In this document: piece by piece, positions 51,091 to 64,000 of the stretch
How the letters are laid out: every line of letters starts with the position of its first letter
Numbering within the stretch: the first letter of the stretch is position 1
NCBI GenBank assembly: GCA_001643675.2
Contig: LSRY02000008.1
Span: forward strand, 868,001-932,000
From: Monocercomonoides exilis PA203
Lineage: Eukaryota; Protista; Preaxostyla
Length of the DNA: 64,000 nucleotides
Reading direction: 5' to 3'
Position numbers and translations under genes: made by a program
The notes under the pieces: generated by a model
Seen by the model: only the letters and a program-made list of their open reading frames with translations
Told to the model about the DNA's origin: nothing
Database searches by the model: none

Positions 51091-52779
51091 TGTTTTGAAA
51101 AATATAAACGTGCTTGAGAAATTTTTGAAGAAGACTCATAAAAATGCTAAAAGTCCACCAGCGCGACAAGAAATAGAAACAATTCACCTTTAAGAAATGT
51201 ATCTTAAACTGCATCTTCATCGAATTTTTATTTCATTTATTCGTTATCATTCTTATATCGTTTATAATTTGTTTTTATGTTTTAAAAACTTTTTTGAAGT
51301 TCACATATTTTCCAATTTTCATTTCTTTTTCATTTTTTGATAACATGAACATTTCATCACTTTTTGTTATTTGTTAAATAATCAATTCATCTGACAATTG
51401 AACAAAATCTATCATGCTTTTGAAACAATACAAGCAATTTATTAGAATACAACAGACACTGTTGAAAGAGAAAAAGAATAAACATAAGTTACGTTGAAAG
51501 ATGAAAATAACATTTTTCAGAAAAATTAAGATACTTGGAGAAAGCACTGTTTAATTGAAGAATTGCTTCATTTTTGTTGAATGAAGAAGAAGATGGTGAA
51601 GAAGAATAAGAAGAAGAAATGAAGTAAAAGAGAAATGTGCAATCAATCGAATGATATTTCTGAAGATGATGAAAAGGCTTCATGTGATGCTGTTATTGAG
51701 ATAAAATATTGTATTTGATAAGAGAATTTCATATTGAAAAAAAACATAATCACAAAAAATTCAACAAACAGATTGATGCATACCAATTGAATTGGATGTC
51801 CACTGTTCATTGACTGCTATTGAGCGGTCGCCTCCTCTTTCCCCTCAGAAACTGAAAATGCAAATTTTTTTCAAATTCCTCTTCTTCATCTTCTTTCAAT
51901 CACACCCATCAGAATCCGTTCATTCTCTCCCTTCTCTCATCCTCTCATCATATTCTCTTCTCCAATACACATGCGTTCCCACCTCTTTCACTTCTTTTGA
52001 ATCTTCTCTTCCAAAACCCAGCTCATTTACTCTAACTTCCTCCATCTCTGCGCTTCATCAAACACTTCATCAATTTCTCCAAAACTCATCCATTTACAAG
52101 TCCCCTCAAATCGTGCTGCAACTGATTGCACTTGAAGCTTCCTGTTTCTTCCTTCAAATATCACTCGTTGTCTGTTTCCTATTCAATATATATACATTTC
52201 AAAAAAAAAATAAAAAATTGAAAAAAAAAATAAGACACACTTGAACGTTGTGTGAAAATGATTCAAGCCGAGCAAACTCATTTCAACTTCTTTTTGAGTC
52301 TCCTCCCTTTCCTTCTTTCTCCAACACACCTTTCAGCAGGCAAGCCACACAAATCAACAGCAATTCCACTGAAAGGCCTTCATTCAGAATTACGTTCCAT
52401 TGCAAACATTCCCACAGGAGCATTTCATCCTTTTATTTTTCGTTTTTCTTCTCTTCATCAGAATTCTTCCTTTCAAATCTTTTCCTTTTCAAAGAAAAAC
52501 AAGCCACCGTCCCGTTTAACCTTTGGCCCTTCAAAACATCTCCCGATACTCCAACGCCAAAATCCCAACCCCAACCCCGATCCCTTTCCATCCACAATTT
52601 TCTCGATTACCTTTTCAACAACCCACTCCACAAATCGCACCCGTCTCTTCAAATCTCACATCTTCCCGTATTTCATCCATTTCTTCGCTTTTCTCTTTTT
52701 GCTCCAGGTCCCTCAAATCGTTCAATCGCCCAAGCCCCTTTCAAAAGTCAATAAAAAATTTATTTATTTCATAATAATA

Positions 52780-54879
52780 AAAAAATGACAGATAAAATCG
52801 CATAAGCAGTGATTCAGTAATGCCCCATGCACACCATAAAACATTTGTTACTGGTCCTGCTGCCTTCGGAAAAATCAAGATGAAGCAACATATTGGTTCA
52901 TTTTCTGAATGTTGGAGGAACATCTACTTCAAAAGAGTCACAAATATCGATTAAAATACCTGAAGATGCACATTCATAAACTTTTTCCTCTGCATCATTT
53001 TCATTCTTTTACCTCAAAACAGGCAAGACGAAGGGCAACAAAACATTCATTTATTGTTTGGTTATTTAATAAGGGTCTGCAACCTATAATTTTATTAGTG
53101 AAGATTTTTGATAAATTATTTGCAGCAGCCTGAGCATATTTGAGCTACTATTGAGCGCAAACACAGATGCACCTATGCGAGTTATAGCATTTCAGAAGAA
53201 CAGGGATTTTGCTTGCAGATGGAGGAGAGAGTGGCTGTTTGCATCGATTGCTTGCGAAAAGTGAATAAGTGTGGGAAGTTGCATGAAGTTTGAATCAAGT
53301 TATATGTTGCAAAATACATGATGCAACATCGGCTGTGATATTTTGAATGAAAAATGAATAAAGCAAGATACAAAAAAAGCGATTAAAATGTTAGAAAAGT
53401 TGAAATGAACAGCTTGTTCATTTCGAGCGAAATGTTGTGTACTTGGTATATCTTATGCTCAGGACTTATTTTGCGTGATTTTTTATTTGGGAGAAGATTT
53501 TCTTTGTGGAAAAGGAAAGGGAGTTGAAGCATAGGACAATGGAGGAAGCGAACAGAGCGAAACACTCAGCTGGTCTTAACGACAAACGCATTGCCATTTA
53601 CGCGAAACCCGTTGGAAAGCTATCAGCAAAGAAATGGCGTTAAATAAGTCTTTGAAAAAGAGTTGATTTCTTGTTTATTTAAAAATTATGTGTTTTAATC
53701 TGATATTACAGCTCGTTTCACAATGGATTCTGTGCTTTCAATGACTTTCTATTCCAGCCATTTATTGTCCAGTTGTCTGAATTTTTTGTGGCAAGAGGCA
53801 ATTTTATGTTGCAAGAAAGCCAGCTGGGCTGATCATTTCGAGTGAGTTGGAGATAGGAAAATATTTCAAGAAAAAAAAATGGTTTGATTTTCTTTTATTT
53901 CATTCATTTTTCTTTTAAGGTGTTCTTTTAGTGAATGCAAATTGATCAAGTACAGGAATACCACAAAGAGAGGGAAGCCCTGAAATCCTTTGCAAAAGAT
54001 CCAGAAGTTTTGAGATGATTCTTGTTTGGATTGCATTCAACGAAGTCATTCGTTTCTTACCATCTGTTTTGCATGCTGCATAGCCTGACAATGCTTAACA
54101 TGAGTTTGCAAGAAAGAGAAAAGCAGTTTATTTGGCATTTTTGTTCGGAATGTTTTGCAGTTGCGACTCTTTTATCTGGGCTGATAAGCTGGATGGTCAT
54201 TCACATTCAGAACACATTCAGTTTTTTCTATCGCCCAACGTGACTTGAAAAACCTGACATCTTCTATTTTTCTTCACCTTCGCTATCATTCTCAACAGTC
54301 TCACTTCAATAAAAGATGCTCATTGCCAGAACCGACACATCAATCACATAATCATAAAATTCGTCATTTTCTTCTTATTTCATTTGAAATTTTTGCAATT
54401 GAAGTCAACTTCATCAATTGTCAACGCCTTCTTCGATTTCGAATTATTCTCTGCCAATATCCTCATCAAACATGAAGTTCATTTGAATTGTTGACATCAT
54501 TGGACAAAGATAATTTTCTTTTTCTGAGGGAAAAGCAGTTCAACCACACAAAGGCAGTCAACGATTTGTGGACTTCCTTCTTCATCTGTTTGCATCTCTT
54601 TGCCTTTCACATGTTTTGTGATGAAGGTTGTTTATTTCATCTGAAATCAACTCATCAAATGATTTATTTTTATCTATCGACATTCCTCAAGTAATCATCA
54701 ACATCTTTAAAAAAGGATTAAATTCGTTTCACAATTCTCAATTGCTCCACCTTCATAGCTTTCATCATCATCATCATCTTCTTCTTCTTCTCCTCCTCCT
54801 CCTCCTCCTCCTCCTCCTCTTTCTTCTTCTTCTTCTTCTTTTTCTTCTTCTTCTTCTTCTTCTTCTTCTTCTTCTTCTT

Positions 54880-54910
<31 letters not shown>

Positions 54911-57282
54911 TTTTTCTTCTTCTTCTTCTTCTTATTTTTCTTCTTCTTCCTCTTCGTCATCCTCTTCATCCACCACCACCATCATCACCTCCTCCTCCAC
55001 CTCCAAACAGCCCATCCACACCTGCCAGATCCAAAGCAACGACTCTCTCGCCACCTCTTCCCATTTCCTGCCTTCTTCTCTCCTCTCTCCAGACATCGTA
55101 GAGATCTGCGGCAGCGACGGCGATGGCACAAAATGGACCTTCACTCAGCTTCTGCTCTTCCTGCGCTTCGTCCTCAAAGTGGATGTGGTGTGTCTGAGCA
55201 CCGCATCTTCGACACCCTCATCAAAGCCATCCTGTCTACCCTGAGAAGCCTCTCTGACACATCCTCTCTGCTCCACTGCTTCCCCAGCATGGGATTTGAG
55301 CTGTATGGAGTGGATATCCTGTTGGACGACACACTGAGGCCGTGGATGATTGAGGTGAACATATCTCACTCGCTGCAGTCGTCTTCGTTGTTGGACAACA
55401 GAGTGAAGAAGGCAATGCTGGTTGACTTGTTCAATTTGGTCGGATTAACACCAAGTTCGGAGGAGGGAGAGGTGCTTGTACTGACAATGACGATGAAGAC
55501 GAAGGAGATCAATGATGGAGAGGGAGAAGGAGAAGGAGGAGAAGGGAAAAATGAGAAGGAGAAGGAGAAAGGAAAGGAAGAAGAAAGAAAAGGAGGAATT
55601 AGAGTGGACCAGTTTGATCACATTCTGACAGGGCAGATTGAAGCGAATGAGAATGGAGAAACAGACATGAAGCAAAAACTGATGCAAAGGAGCATGTTGC
55701 AAGCAGGGAAGAAGAAGAAGAAAAAGAAGAAGTCAGCAGGACAAGGCAAAAGCGGAGGAGGAGGAGATAACGATGATGATGACCCTGTTTCAGAAGACAT
55801 TGATTTCGGGGATGATCAGTTTGGGTGTGAATCTCCCTTTTCGAAGATGCCTGTGTGTCAGCCATCGTCTCTGGTGCAACTGAGTGTGAAGGCAGTTAAA
55901 ATGACGGTGGTGACAGCAGACAGAACACAACTGAACAGCCTTTCAGAAACATTCGAGTTTGCAACATTGAATCATTCACTGGAAGGAAAGAAAGGAAGAA
56001 AGGAAGAAGATGTTGAAATGAAAGATGATGCAAATCAGAATGATTTGGGTGATGAGAAGAATGCAGAAATGACTGACAAAACAGCGTCTGGCCTGCCAAT
56101 TTTCTCGCAGAACAAAATTTATGCTGTCAAAAGGGGAACAAACAAAGACGGATGCAACAGTTTATTCCAAACATCTCCTGCAAATTCACCTGCTCTCAAT
56201 GCAACAGATGAACAACAATCAAATATTTCCTTTTCTTATCCATCTTCTTCTTCTTCTTCTTCTCACTTTTTTTCTTCTTCAACAGAACAAACATAAATTT
56301 CTTCAAAGAATATCTAATTCACTCCAGCATCAATATCTCAATCAATCAAGCTTGTGGAGTGAAGTTGGGCAGAGAAATGAACATCTTTTTTGAGTAGATG
56401 GAGGATTTGATCTCAGAAAGAGTGAAGCTGGTTGACAGAGAACAAAGATAAAACTGCAAAGACCAACATTCAATGGAAGAACAAGAATTGACAGAAAATT
56501 CATCTCCTCGTTCTTCGCTGGTGTGCCATTCTTCTGTTTCTGCATCGTCTTTTGGGGGAGAAGGAAGGCTCAACGAACTGAGCTATGATGTTTCAGGCAC
56601 TCGATACGACATTTTGGACTTGGATGACTTTGAAGAAGAAAGGGCAGAAGAAGAGCGGGAGAGGAAAGAGAGAGGAGGAATGATCGTCCCCACAATCGCT
56701 ATTCATCCGTATTTCCACAAAAACAAACAGATTTATCAAGCAGCAAATGCTCAAACAACAACATTTGAAATGACTTTAAATGCATCTTCTTTCTTTTCAT
56801 CATCATCAAGTTCTGCTTCTGTTTTTGCAAACTCAACAGTAACATCTTTATCGACTTCTTCAGCTGCCTCTGTGAAAACTTCCTTTGACGCCAGTGAGCC
56901 ATGCCTCAGTTCAATCACACAAACAATTCCTTATCCTCTCTCTTCTTCCTCTCTGCTTTCCATCTCTCGACTCCACCCTTGTCTTTGCTGCCTCTTTCTC
57001 AACTCCCTCACTCATCAAAACGCGCGCCTTCTTTTCATAACACACCCACACACTCACCCATTCACTCTGATGTGTTCTTCTCCTTCGTTAACACTGCTTT
57101 TCCATCCATCGTTCTTCTGTTATGCGGATGCCCTTTTGTTTGAGGTGGAGTTCTTCAGGCAGATGCTGGGAAGAAAAGAAAAAGAGGTCAATAGGAAGAA
57201 AATGAAGAATATGAACGAGAATGAACAAATGAATGAAAGAGGAAGAGAAAGAGGGAAAAGAATTGAACATGAGAAATATTAA
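52780..57282 (+). pseudogene. Tubulin polyglutamylase TTLL4-like gene, degenerate
   Basis: FELYGVDILLDDTLRPWMIEVNISHSLQSSSLLDNRVKKAMLVDLFNLVG is the TTL-domain C-terminal signature (usual EVNxSPSL has P>H here). The upstream part has no continuous frame; the 5' limit is approximate. Confidence 0.7.
54763..54950. repeat. Compound microsatellite (CAT)n(CTT)n(CCT)n(CTT)n
   Basis: Directly visible. Confidence 0.95.
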
Positions 57283-60200
57283 AAGATAGAGAAAGATGGA
57301 ATTTCAAATAGAAAAGTTGATAGAATGATCCAATTGGAGTCATTTGATGGAAGCAGAACATCATTTAGAGTTTTATACTTCGAAGAATAACAATTGTCTG
57401 GAAAAGTCGTTTCAGAGAAAGAGTTTTAATGTTCAATTGTCAAAAAGCAGGAAGCAGATGCAGCAGGGGAGAATGCAATGAGGAAAAATATTAGAGGAAA
57501 GGGGCAATTTATTGTCGAAGACAAAGAGGAAGAAGAGAGAAGGAAAAGCGAGCAGAGTGTTTTGAACGGAAGTGAGTCTGAAGTGTCGAAATCAGCTTCG
57601 TTTAAAGATAGGCATGCTCGTGACACATATTCAGTGATTTCATCATCATTTTCTTCTTATTCACAGCGCTTCAAAACGTTTTTCAGTGATCCAAAGGAAA
57701 AGACAAAAAAACATGGCAGGTTGAAGGATGAAATGCAGCAAAAATAACATGGTTCTGCTTCAAGAAGAAGATGATGATTTCTTTATGTCAAAAAATACAA
57801 CTGCTAACAAAGCTTTGACCCCATCTGTTTCTCAATCATCATCCTCTGCTTTGTCTATCCCTCAGATTTCTTTATTGATCCCTCCACAAAGTTCCAACAA
57901 ATACGCAAAGGATCCACGAAGCGGCATTCATGCTTCATTGGAAGGGATGAAGAGGAGGAAAGAGGAGAAAAAGAATACAGATTTTCTTTCGCTGTATTCG
58001 TCGCTGACACCTGAAAGGATACTGACTCTGATGTCAGCTGGTGATATTGCGCGTGCAGATGACAAGTTGTTTGAGGAGGAAATGAAAGATGTGGATGTGG
58101 TGAAAGGAGCAATGAATGAAGGTGAGACAGAAATTTGATGAAAGATTGAGGTGAATAAAAGAAAGGAAGCTGAGAGAAGAAAGAGAAAGAGAAGCAGAAA
58201 GAATGATAAGCTTGCCTTTTAACCAACAAAATGCTGTTAACACAATGTCAATTGGACCGAATCAGACTCTTCAATCAATTCCTCAGCCAACTACATCAGC
58301 ATCATTCTCTTCTTCTCCTTCCTCCTCTTCTTTATCATCATCATAACCTTCTTCTCTATCCTCACAAATTCCATCTGATAGCAATCAGATTGAAAATACT
58401 TTACCTCCTTCAACACCATCACTTTCACCTCCTTTTTCAAAGTTATCTATATCTCCTTTTTCCACAAATACCCCAACTTTCACCAATCAAATTTAGCATC
58501 CCGTTTCTTCTTCGTCATTGTGCTTTCCTGAACCTATATAGTCGGCTATTCCAAGCCGCATCGAACGAACTTAGTTGGAGAAAGCGATGCAGCCGAAGAT
58601 GGAGAAGATGGAGAAGGAAAAAGCAGAGAGAGGAGCTGCTGGAGGAAGAGAAGGAGAACTCAGAGAAAGAGCGGGAAAAGCTCGAAGACGAGCAGAGGAA
58701 AGCGCTGGAGAAGGCTGAGAAGAAGAGAAATGCGTTTGTCTCGTATCTGAAGAAGAAGAAAATTCAGAAAAGCGAATCGAACTTCAAAAGCGAAGTGAAC
58801 AAGAGGAAGGTGTTAATGAAATAGCATTTCGAATCGCCTTCAGTTGTTTGGATAATGAAAGCGCTTTCGATTCGAAAAGATCAATAATTTTTTCTGGCAA
58901 GCTGTTCAATATGGAAGCTTTGCAGATGTCATTCAGAATAAAATCACATTTCTGTCTATAGAAAAAGGAGAAGATAATATTTCAGAAAACATGTCTCCTT
59001 CAAAAGAACATCAAAAGAAGAATAAAAAGAAAAGCAAAATGAAAATTATGTTCCAAAAAAAACAAAAACATTCGGAGCCAAAGCGAAGTGAAAATGCGAA
59101 TGCGTTTTAAGATGTTCGATTTCAAAACTTATTATTTTTCTTCTTCTGATCCTTATAAGAAAAACTCACTATTTGTAAGTTTTCTTTGTATTTCACAAGA
59201 TAATCGTCAAACGCAGCAAAAAAAGCATGAAAGAAGCTTCTTCTTCTCCTCCTCCTTCGGATTCTTCTGCTTAGAGAAGTGAAGTTGAAGTTCCACATCC
59301 TTCTCTGTCATCTCCAAACACTTTTGCTTCTTCTTCCTCCTCTTCTTTGCATTTTTTGCAAACTCATTCCTCAAAGTCATCTCATTCAAAACCCAGATCA
59401 TCAGTATCGGCCATATCTCTTCATTCAAAAGCAATTACAGCTACATCATCATCATTTATTTTTTCTTCATCTTCTGGTTTATCTTCCTTATCATTCTCTC
59501 AAAATGCATCTGTTTTCAAACAATTTCTTCATTGCCGCCAACCACTCACACACAATCAAAAAAGAAAAATAAATAAATAAAAATAAAAAACACAGCAGCA
59601 ACACACTCAAACCGATCTCTATAACATATCCATTCTCTACTCTCACGCAAAATGCAGCTGAAATCAAAAAACAGAAAAGGAAGCCAGCATCAAGTTAGAA
59701 GCGGAACTCGTCTCTATCACCATCTTCTTTGATGTCAACTTCTTCCACTGCTTTTTCCTATCCATCTTCATCTTCATTGTCCTCTTCTCCATTTTCATCA
59801 ATCCTGCTCTCCCATTCTATTTCTTCAAAAAAGAAATCTGAGAAAGGAAATGAAAATGAAAAAAAAGCGAAATTGAAGCCAAAATAGCAGAAACTCACAC
59901 CTCTTTAACAATAACTTACGATGAAAACGAAGATGATGCAGAGGATCAGCCAAATGGTATTATTACTTCTCATCAAAATGCCTCTTCAAAACCAGGCAGA
60001 AAAGTATTTCCATCTTCTTCAGTATAGATTCGACTGACTAATTCGACATCGTCTCCACATTCAGACTCAGTTATATATTCTTCTTCTTCTTCGTTTTCTT
60101 CATCTTCCTCTTCTTCTTCTGTTCTTCAAGGTATACAGTGCTCGCTCCATTTCATACTTCCTTCTCTTCTCCACCACTGGTTCGGCTGTGCTGAGACTTG

Positions 60201-62434
60201 CGGGCAGAGAAGCACGATGGAAGACGGCGTGTTGCTGCTGCCTGTTGATGGATGGTGCATTGAGAAGCTTGTGTGCAATAAAGAAGTGGGGATTTTGTAT
60301 CGAAAACAGAAATATCCTCAGTAGCTGAGGTTAACTGAGAAAGGAATGAAAGCACTGGAAATCAGAGAGGATGAGATCTGGGCAAGGAGGATGAGAGGGA
60401 AGGAGAGAAGGAAGAAGGAAAGGATGGAAAGAAAGAGAAAAGAGGAGGGATGCGAAGGGAGAAATAGAGTGAGGAATAACTTTAAGGATGATACAGCCAT
60501 TGAGAAATGCATCTGTAGCCAACTGATAATGTTTAAAAGAACAAGAATAAGACTCTACTGTACGAACTCGGATCGGATGTTTGCAAGGGAGGTCGGGGCG
60601 TCGAAGAAGGAGGAGCATCAGATCCAGAGGATGTTGCCGATGGAAGGGGAGATGTGGTGGACGACTGTGGAGAGAGAAGCGCGGAGGAAAGCGGGGAGCC
60701 GCACTGATGGAAAGAGAAGCCAGTGTGCTGGTTAACGAATATCTGGTGAGCGCGGTGAAAGGTGACGCAGGCAGAGTCCAAAGCGAAGACTTTTCTGGAT
60801 CCTGGAGCAGGCAGCCCAAAATCATCGGAGTCAGCCAGAACAAACGGGCAGATGGACACAACGTCAACTCCAGCGAGCAAAGAGAAAATGAACGGAGGGA
60901 TGCGAGTTCCGCGGAAGGGGATGCAGAAGCGATATGGAGAAATGGGCTCTACAAGGATACTAGAACAATGGTTCAGCGCTTTATATTCATGCACCATTTT
61001 GTTGTTCATATCCTTTCATGTGAAACTGGTTATTAACCAATCTATTCTCAAAACGAACAGGCGGACAAAAACAGAGCATCTAAGGAGGCAGATAACTGGA
61101 TGACATATTATTGATGAGAAGGAGATAGAGAGAATCAGAGGAGAAACAAAGAGAGGAAGATAAAATGAAGATGTTCGTGCGATAGAAGCTTTTTTTGTGG
61201 AAAAAGCAAAAATTGACGAGTTTCTTTTCATTTTTTAATATTTTCTTTATTTATCTTATACTTTGTTTGATATTTAGATAATAATTAAATATTTCTAAGA
61301 TTACTTGTTTACAAACAAATTTATCAACAAACAGTTAATTACTTGATGAGTGTCTTATGTTACTATTATATTTTTGCGTAAGTGTTAATGTGAATTGATA
61401 AAATTTAACAAATGTTTTATGATCTTTAAAATTAATTTAAATATTTCTTTGCAATAACATCATAAAATTAATTTTTATATAAAAAATTGATTGATTGTGT
61501 ATTGTCATTATTGTTTTTATGTTTTATAAACCAGTTAACTTTTGTTTTATTAGGTTTATCGAATTTTCGATTTTTTTTTGAAATTATTTTTATTTCTCGA
61601 TATTTGAAATAAAAACGATTGGAAACAAATTAAAACCAACAAATAATTAATAATTATAATATGTCGATCAATATTTTCATGCAATTTCAAATAAAATTAA
61701 TCTTTTCAACCTCACCCTTTATGAAAATTTTTTATGATCAAACTTCGTTATTTTTTATGATTTCAAAAAAAATCACCCACATTGTGGTTATTTATTAGTC
61801 ATATTCAAATGGATTGAAAATGAAATATGCAAATATAGTTATACATAATTGATTGATATAACTAATGTTTCATTATTTCACATAGTTTTAACCAAATGCA
61901 AGCAACGTGTAAGTATTTTTCTTTTCATGCGCATCACTGTAAATATTAAATAAACATTTTATCGATAAGAATTTTTTGTTTTTCTATTTTTTTTTTGATG
62001 AAAAAGATGAAATGTGAAAAACTCGTAAAAAATTGTTCAAAACAAATAATAATTATAATGATAAAACTTCAACTCATATGTTTTTTGGACTAATTGTTAA
62101 AAACAAACAAAAAAGGAAAGACATTCCAAAAGGGTCAAAACTAAATATTGAAACATCTTGACTAGTCAAAAGTTCAAACAAAAAAAAATACACAGTGAAT
62201 TTAAAATTCTGAAATTACAAAAAAAAAAAAAAAGTTAAAATACAACTTCTTCAAAGGCATATTTTTTTTAGCCGACATGCATCGCTTCATCTTTCCTTGT
62301 CGCAAAGGTTTATTATCGATTTTGAACAATTACATTTTAATGAAACCGAATAAATAGTTTGTTTGATCGAATGCATAATAATTATCAATCTGAACATTTT
62401 TAAGAATTATTATTTGTACGACTTGAACAGCGTT

Positions 62435-63619
62435 ATGAGCTCCAATAGCGATGCTATTAACAATAAAACTAAAAATGAAACAGCTCTTTCAGAAAAAATA
62501 GACGAACATTCTTTGAAGGACGAAAACGGAAGGAGTTCAGCAATGCAATTTACTGTTGCGAAGAAAACAGAACCACAAGAATGGATGAAAATAGAGGATG
62601 AAAATGGAGAAAAGAATGGATTGAAAAGTTCCAACGAATCAACAACAAACATTAAAGCAAAATTATCAAAGGGAAAGTGTCTGGTCATCATTCTGTGTAT
62701 CATACTTGTATGTGCAATTGCATTGATATGGATAGCAAATTATAAAATTGGCCCATTGAAATGGACGAGGCATTTCAATGAACTTGCAGACAATGGTGGA
62801 AGAACAATGGCTATGAAATGGATTGAATATTTGAAGACAGAACCACCAAAATGGATGAGGCATAGAAGTTCGTTTCCTGATAAAGACGGTAAAACAATGG
62901 CCATGCTGTGGATCGAACTCGTGAAAGCAAATCCACCAGAGTGGATGAGACATGACATAACACTAAATGATAACTTTGGATGGACAATGGCGATGCTATG
63001 GATTAGATATGTTGGAACTGATCCTCCAGAATGGATGAAACACGAGATTACTCTTACTGACAAGAATGGAAGAACAATGGCAATGTTGTGGATTTATTTT
63101 GTTCAAACAGAACCACCAGAATGGATGAGGCATGATATTAAACTTGTGGATAACAATGGATGGACAATGGCAATGAAATGGATTCAAGACATTAACACAG
63201 AACCACCAGAGTGGATGAGGCATGATGCCTTGCTTGCTGATAAAGAAGGGAGGACAATGGAAATGCTATGGATAGGATATAATGGAACAGAACCACCAGA
63301 GTGGATGAGACATGATTATTTATATGCAGACAAAAATGGATGGACAATGGCGATGCTATGGATAAGTTATTTTGGAACTAATCCACCAGAATGGATGAGG
63401 CATAAAAATGAATTTAAAGATAAGGAGGGGAAAACGATGATTGATTATTGGGAAAGATATGTGAGAAGAGAGATACCGGAATGGATGAAATACAATGAAT
63501 TTGTTGTTGCTGCTGATGATAATGGAGCGACAGATGCAATTTGTTGGTTCAAGGAAATGTTACAAAAGCATCAGAACCGAAGTGGAAAGAAAATACACTT
63601 GAAGTTGAAGATAGAATAG
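62435..63619 (+). CDS. Intronless single-pass membrane protein with ~8.5 tandem 30-aa W-rich ankyrin-like repeats
   Basis: TM segment LVIILCIILVCAIALIWIA, then repeats DxxGxTMAMxWIxxxxTxPPEWMRHDxxLx (90-bp DNA unit, ~62788-63550). First in-frame ATG is at 62435. Confidence 0.85.
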   Translation: MSSNSDAINNKTKNETALSEKIDEHSLKDENGRSSAMQFTVAKKTEPQEWMKIEDENGEKNGLKSSNESTTNIKAKLSKGKCLVIILCIILVCAIALIWIANYKIGPLKWTRHFNELADNGGRTMAMKWIEYLKTEPPKWMRHRSSFPDKDGKTMAMLWIELVKANPPEWMRHDITLNDNFGWTMAMLWIRYVGTDPPEWMKHEITLTDKNGRTMAMLWIYFVQTEPPEWMRHDIKLVDNNGWTMAMKWIQDINTEPPEWMRHDALLADKEGRTMEMLWIGYNGTEPPEWMRHDYLYADKNGWTMAMLWISYFGTNPPEWMRHKNEFKDKEGKTMIDYWERYVRREIPEWMKYNEFVVAADDNGATDAICWFKEMLQKHQNRSGKKIHLKLKIE

Positions 63620-64000
63620 AGAGGGGAATAATATGGATCTATTTATTCAAAAAAGTGCCCTTGCCATCACGAATGAAACAATGCATTGCAGTTGGAGATG
63701 AAAGCGTGAGGGCAAGCATAGAATTAGAAGCACCAGAAATGGAAGATGACTGAAAATTCCACACGAGTGATTGAATCATTTCCATTGAGGATATTATTTC
63801 TGAAGCATTGAACAAACAGGCTAACAGATTTGCATGTGTGTAAATAAAGGCTATTTAGCAACATTTCGGAATTCATGACTTTTCTTTCTTTCTTTTATTT
63901 CTTTCTTTTCTTTCTTTCTTTCTCTCGATTCTTTGAATGCACTTTTTCTGTTTCAATAAATACTTGGACATGCTTCAAAGATATCTCATTTTGATCTCCT

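Noticed and set aside
60300-61100. Purine-rich overlapping ORFs as another transposase or retroelement
   Set aside because: No convincing catalytic motifs or termini.
62788-63550. Regular 90-bp repeats as a CRISPR-like array
   Set aside because: They are in-frame coding repeats with codon-level variation; there are no unique spacers or cas genes.
1-64000. Stop-codon reassignment (TAA/TAG = Gln) to explain the many interrupted genes
   Set aside because: Long frames (1388 aa, 480 aa, 418 aa) have no in-frame TAR and use CAA/CAG. The broken genes also contain TGA stops and frameshifts, which fits decay.

Overview
AT-rich, intron-containing eukaryotic DNA. The gene families, poly-Ser/Glu tracts and short GT-AG introns suggest a metamonad protist of the Monocercomonoides/oxymonad type (inference). 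The first ~30 kb is dense in DNA transposons: a Merlin/ISXO2 relic, a pogo-type MITE, a Sola2-like relic, a pogo/DDE_1 relic, two PIF/Harbinger-group (DDE_Tnp_4) elements with AAT target-site duplications (TSDs), and a 4.65-kb long-TIR element with an 8-bp TSD that carries host gene fragments. The centre is a large palindrome. Two convergent, near-identical copies of a GEX1/KAR5/Brambleberry-family nuclear-fusion gene flank a 5.3-kb spacer that holds a SEL1-repeat-like membrane protein gene. One Harbinger-group element sits ~130 bp upstream of the left GEX1 copy, and its empty site is preserved in the right arm. The right part holds foldback elements, degenerate genes including a TTLL4-like tubulin glutamylase, and an intronless membrane-anchored protein with 30-aa W-rich ankyrin-like repeats. 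All calls are from visual reading; no searches were run.
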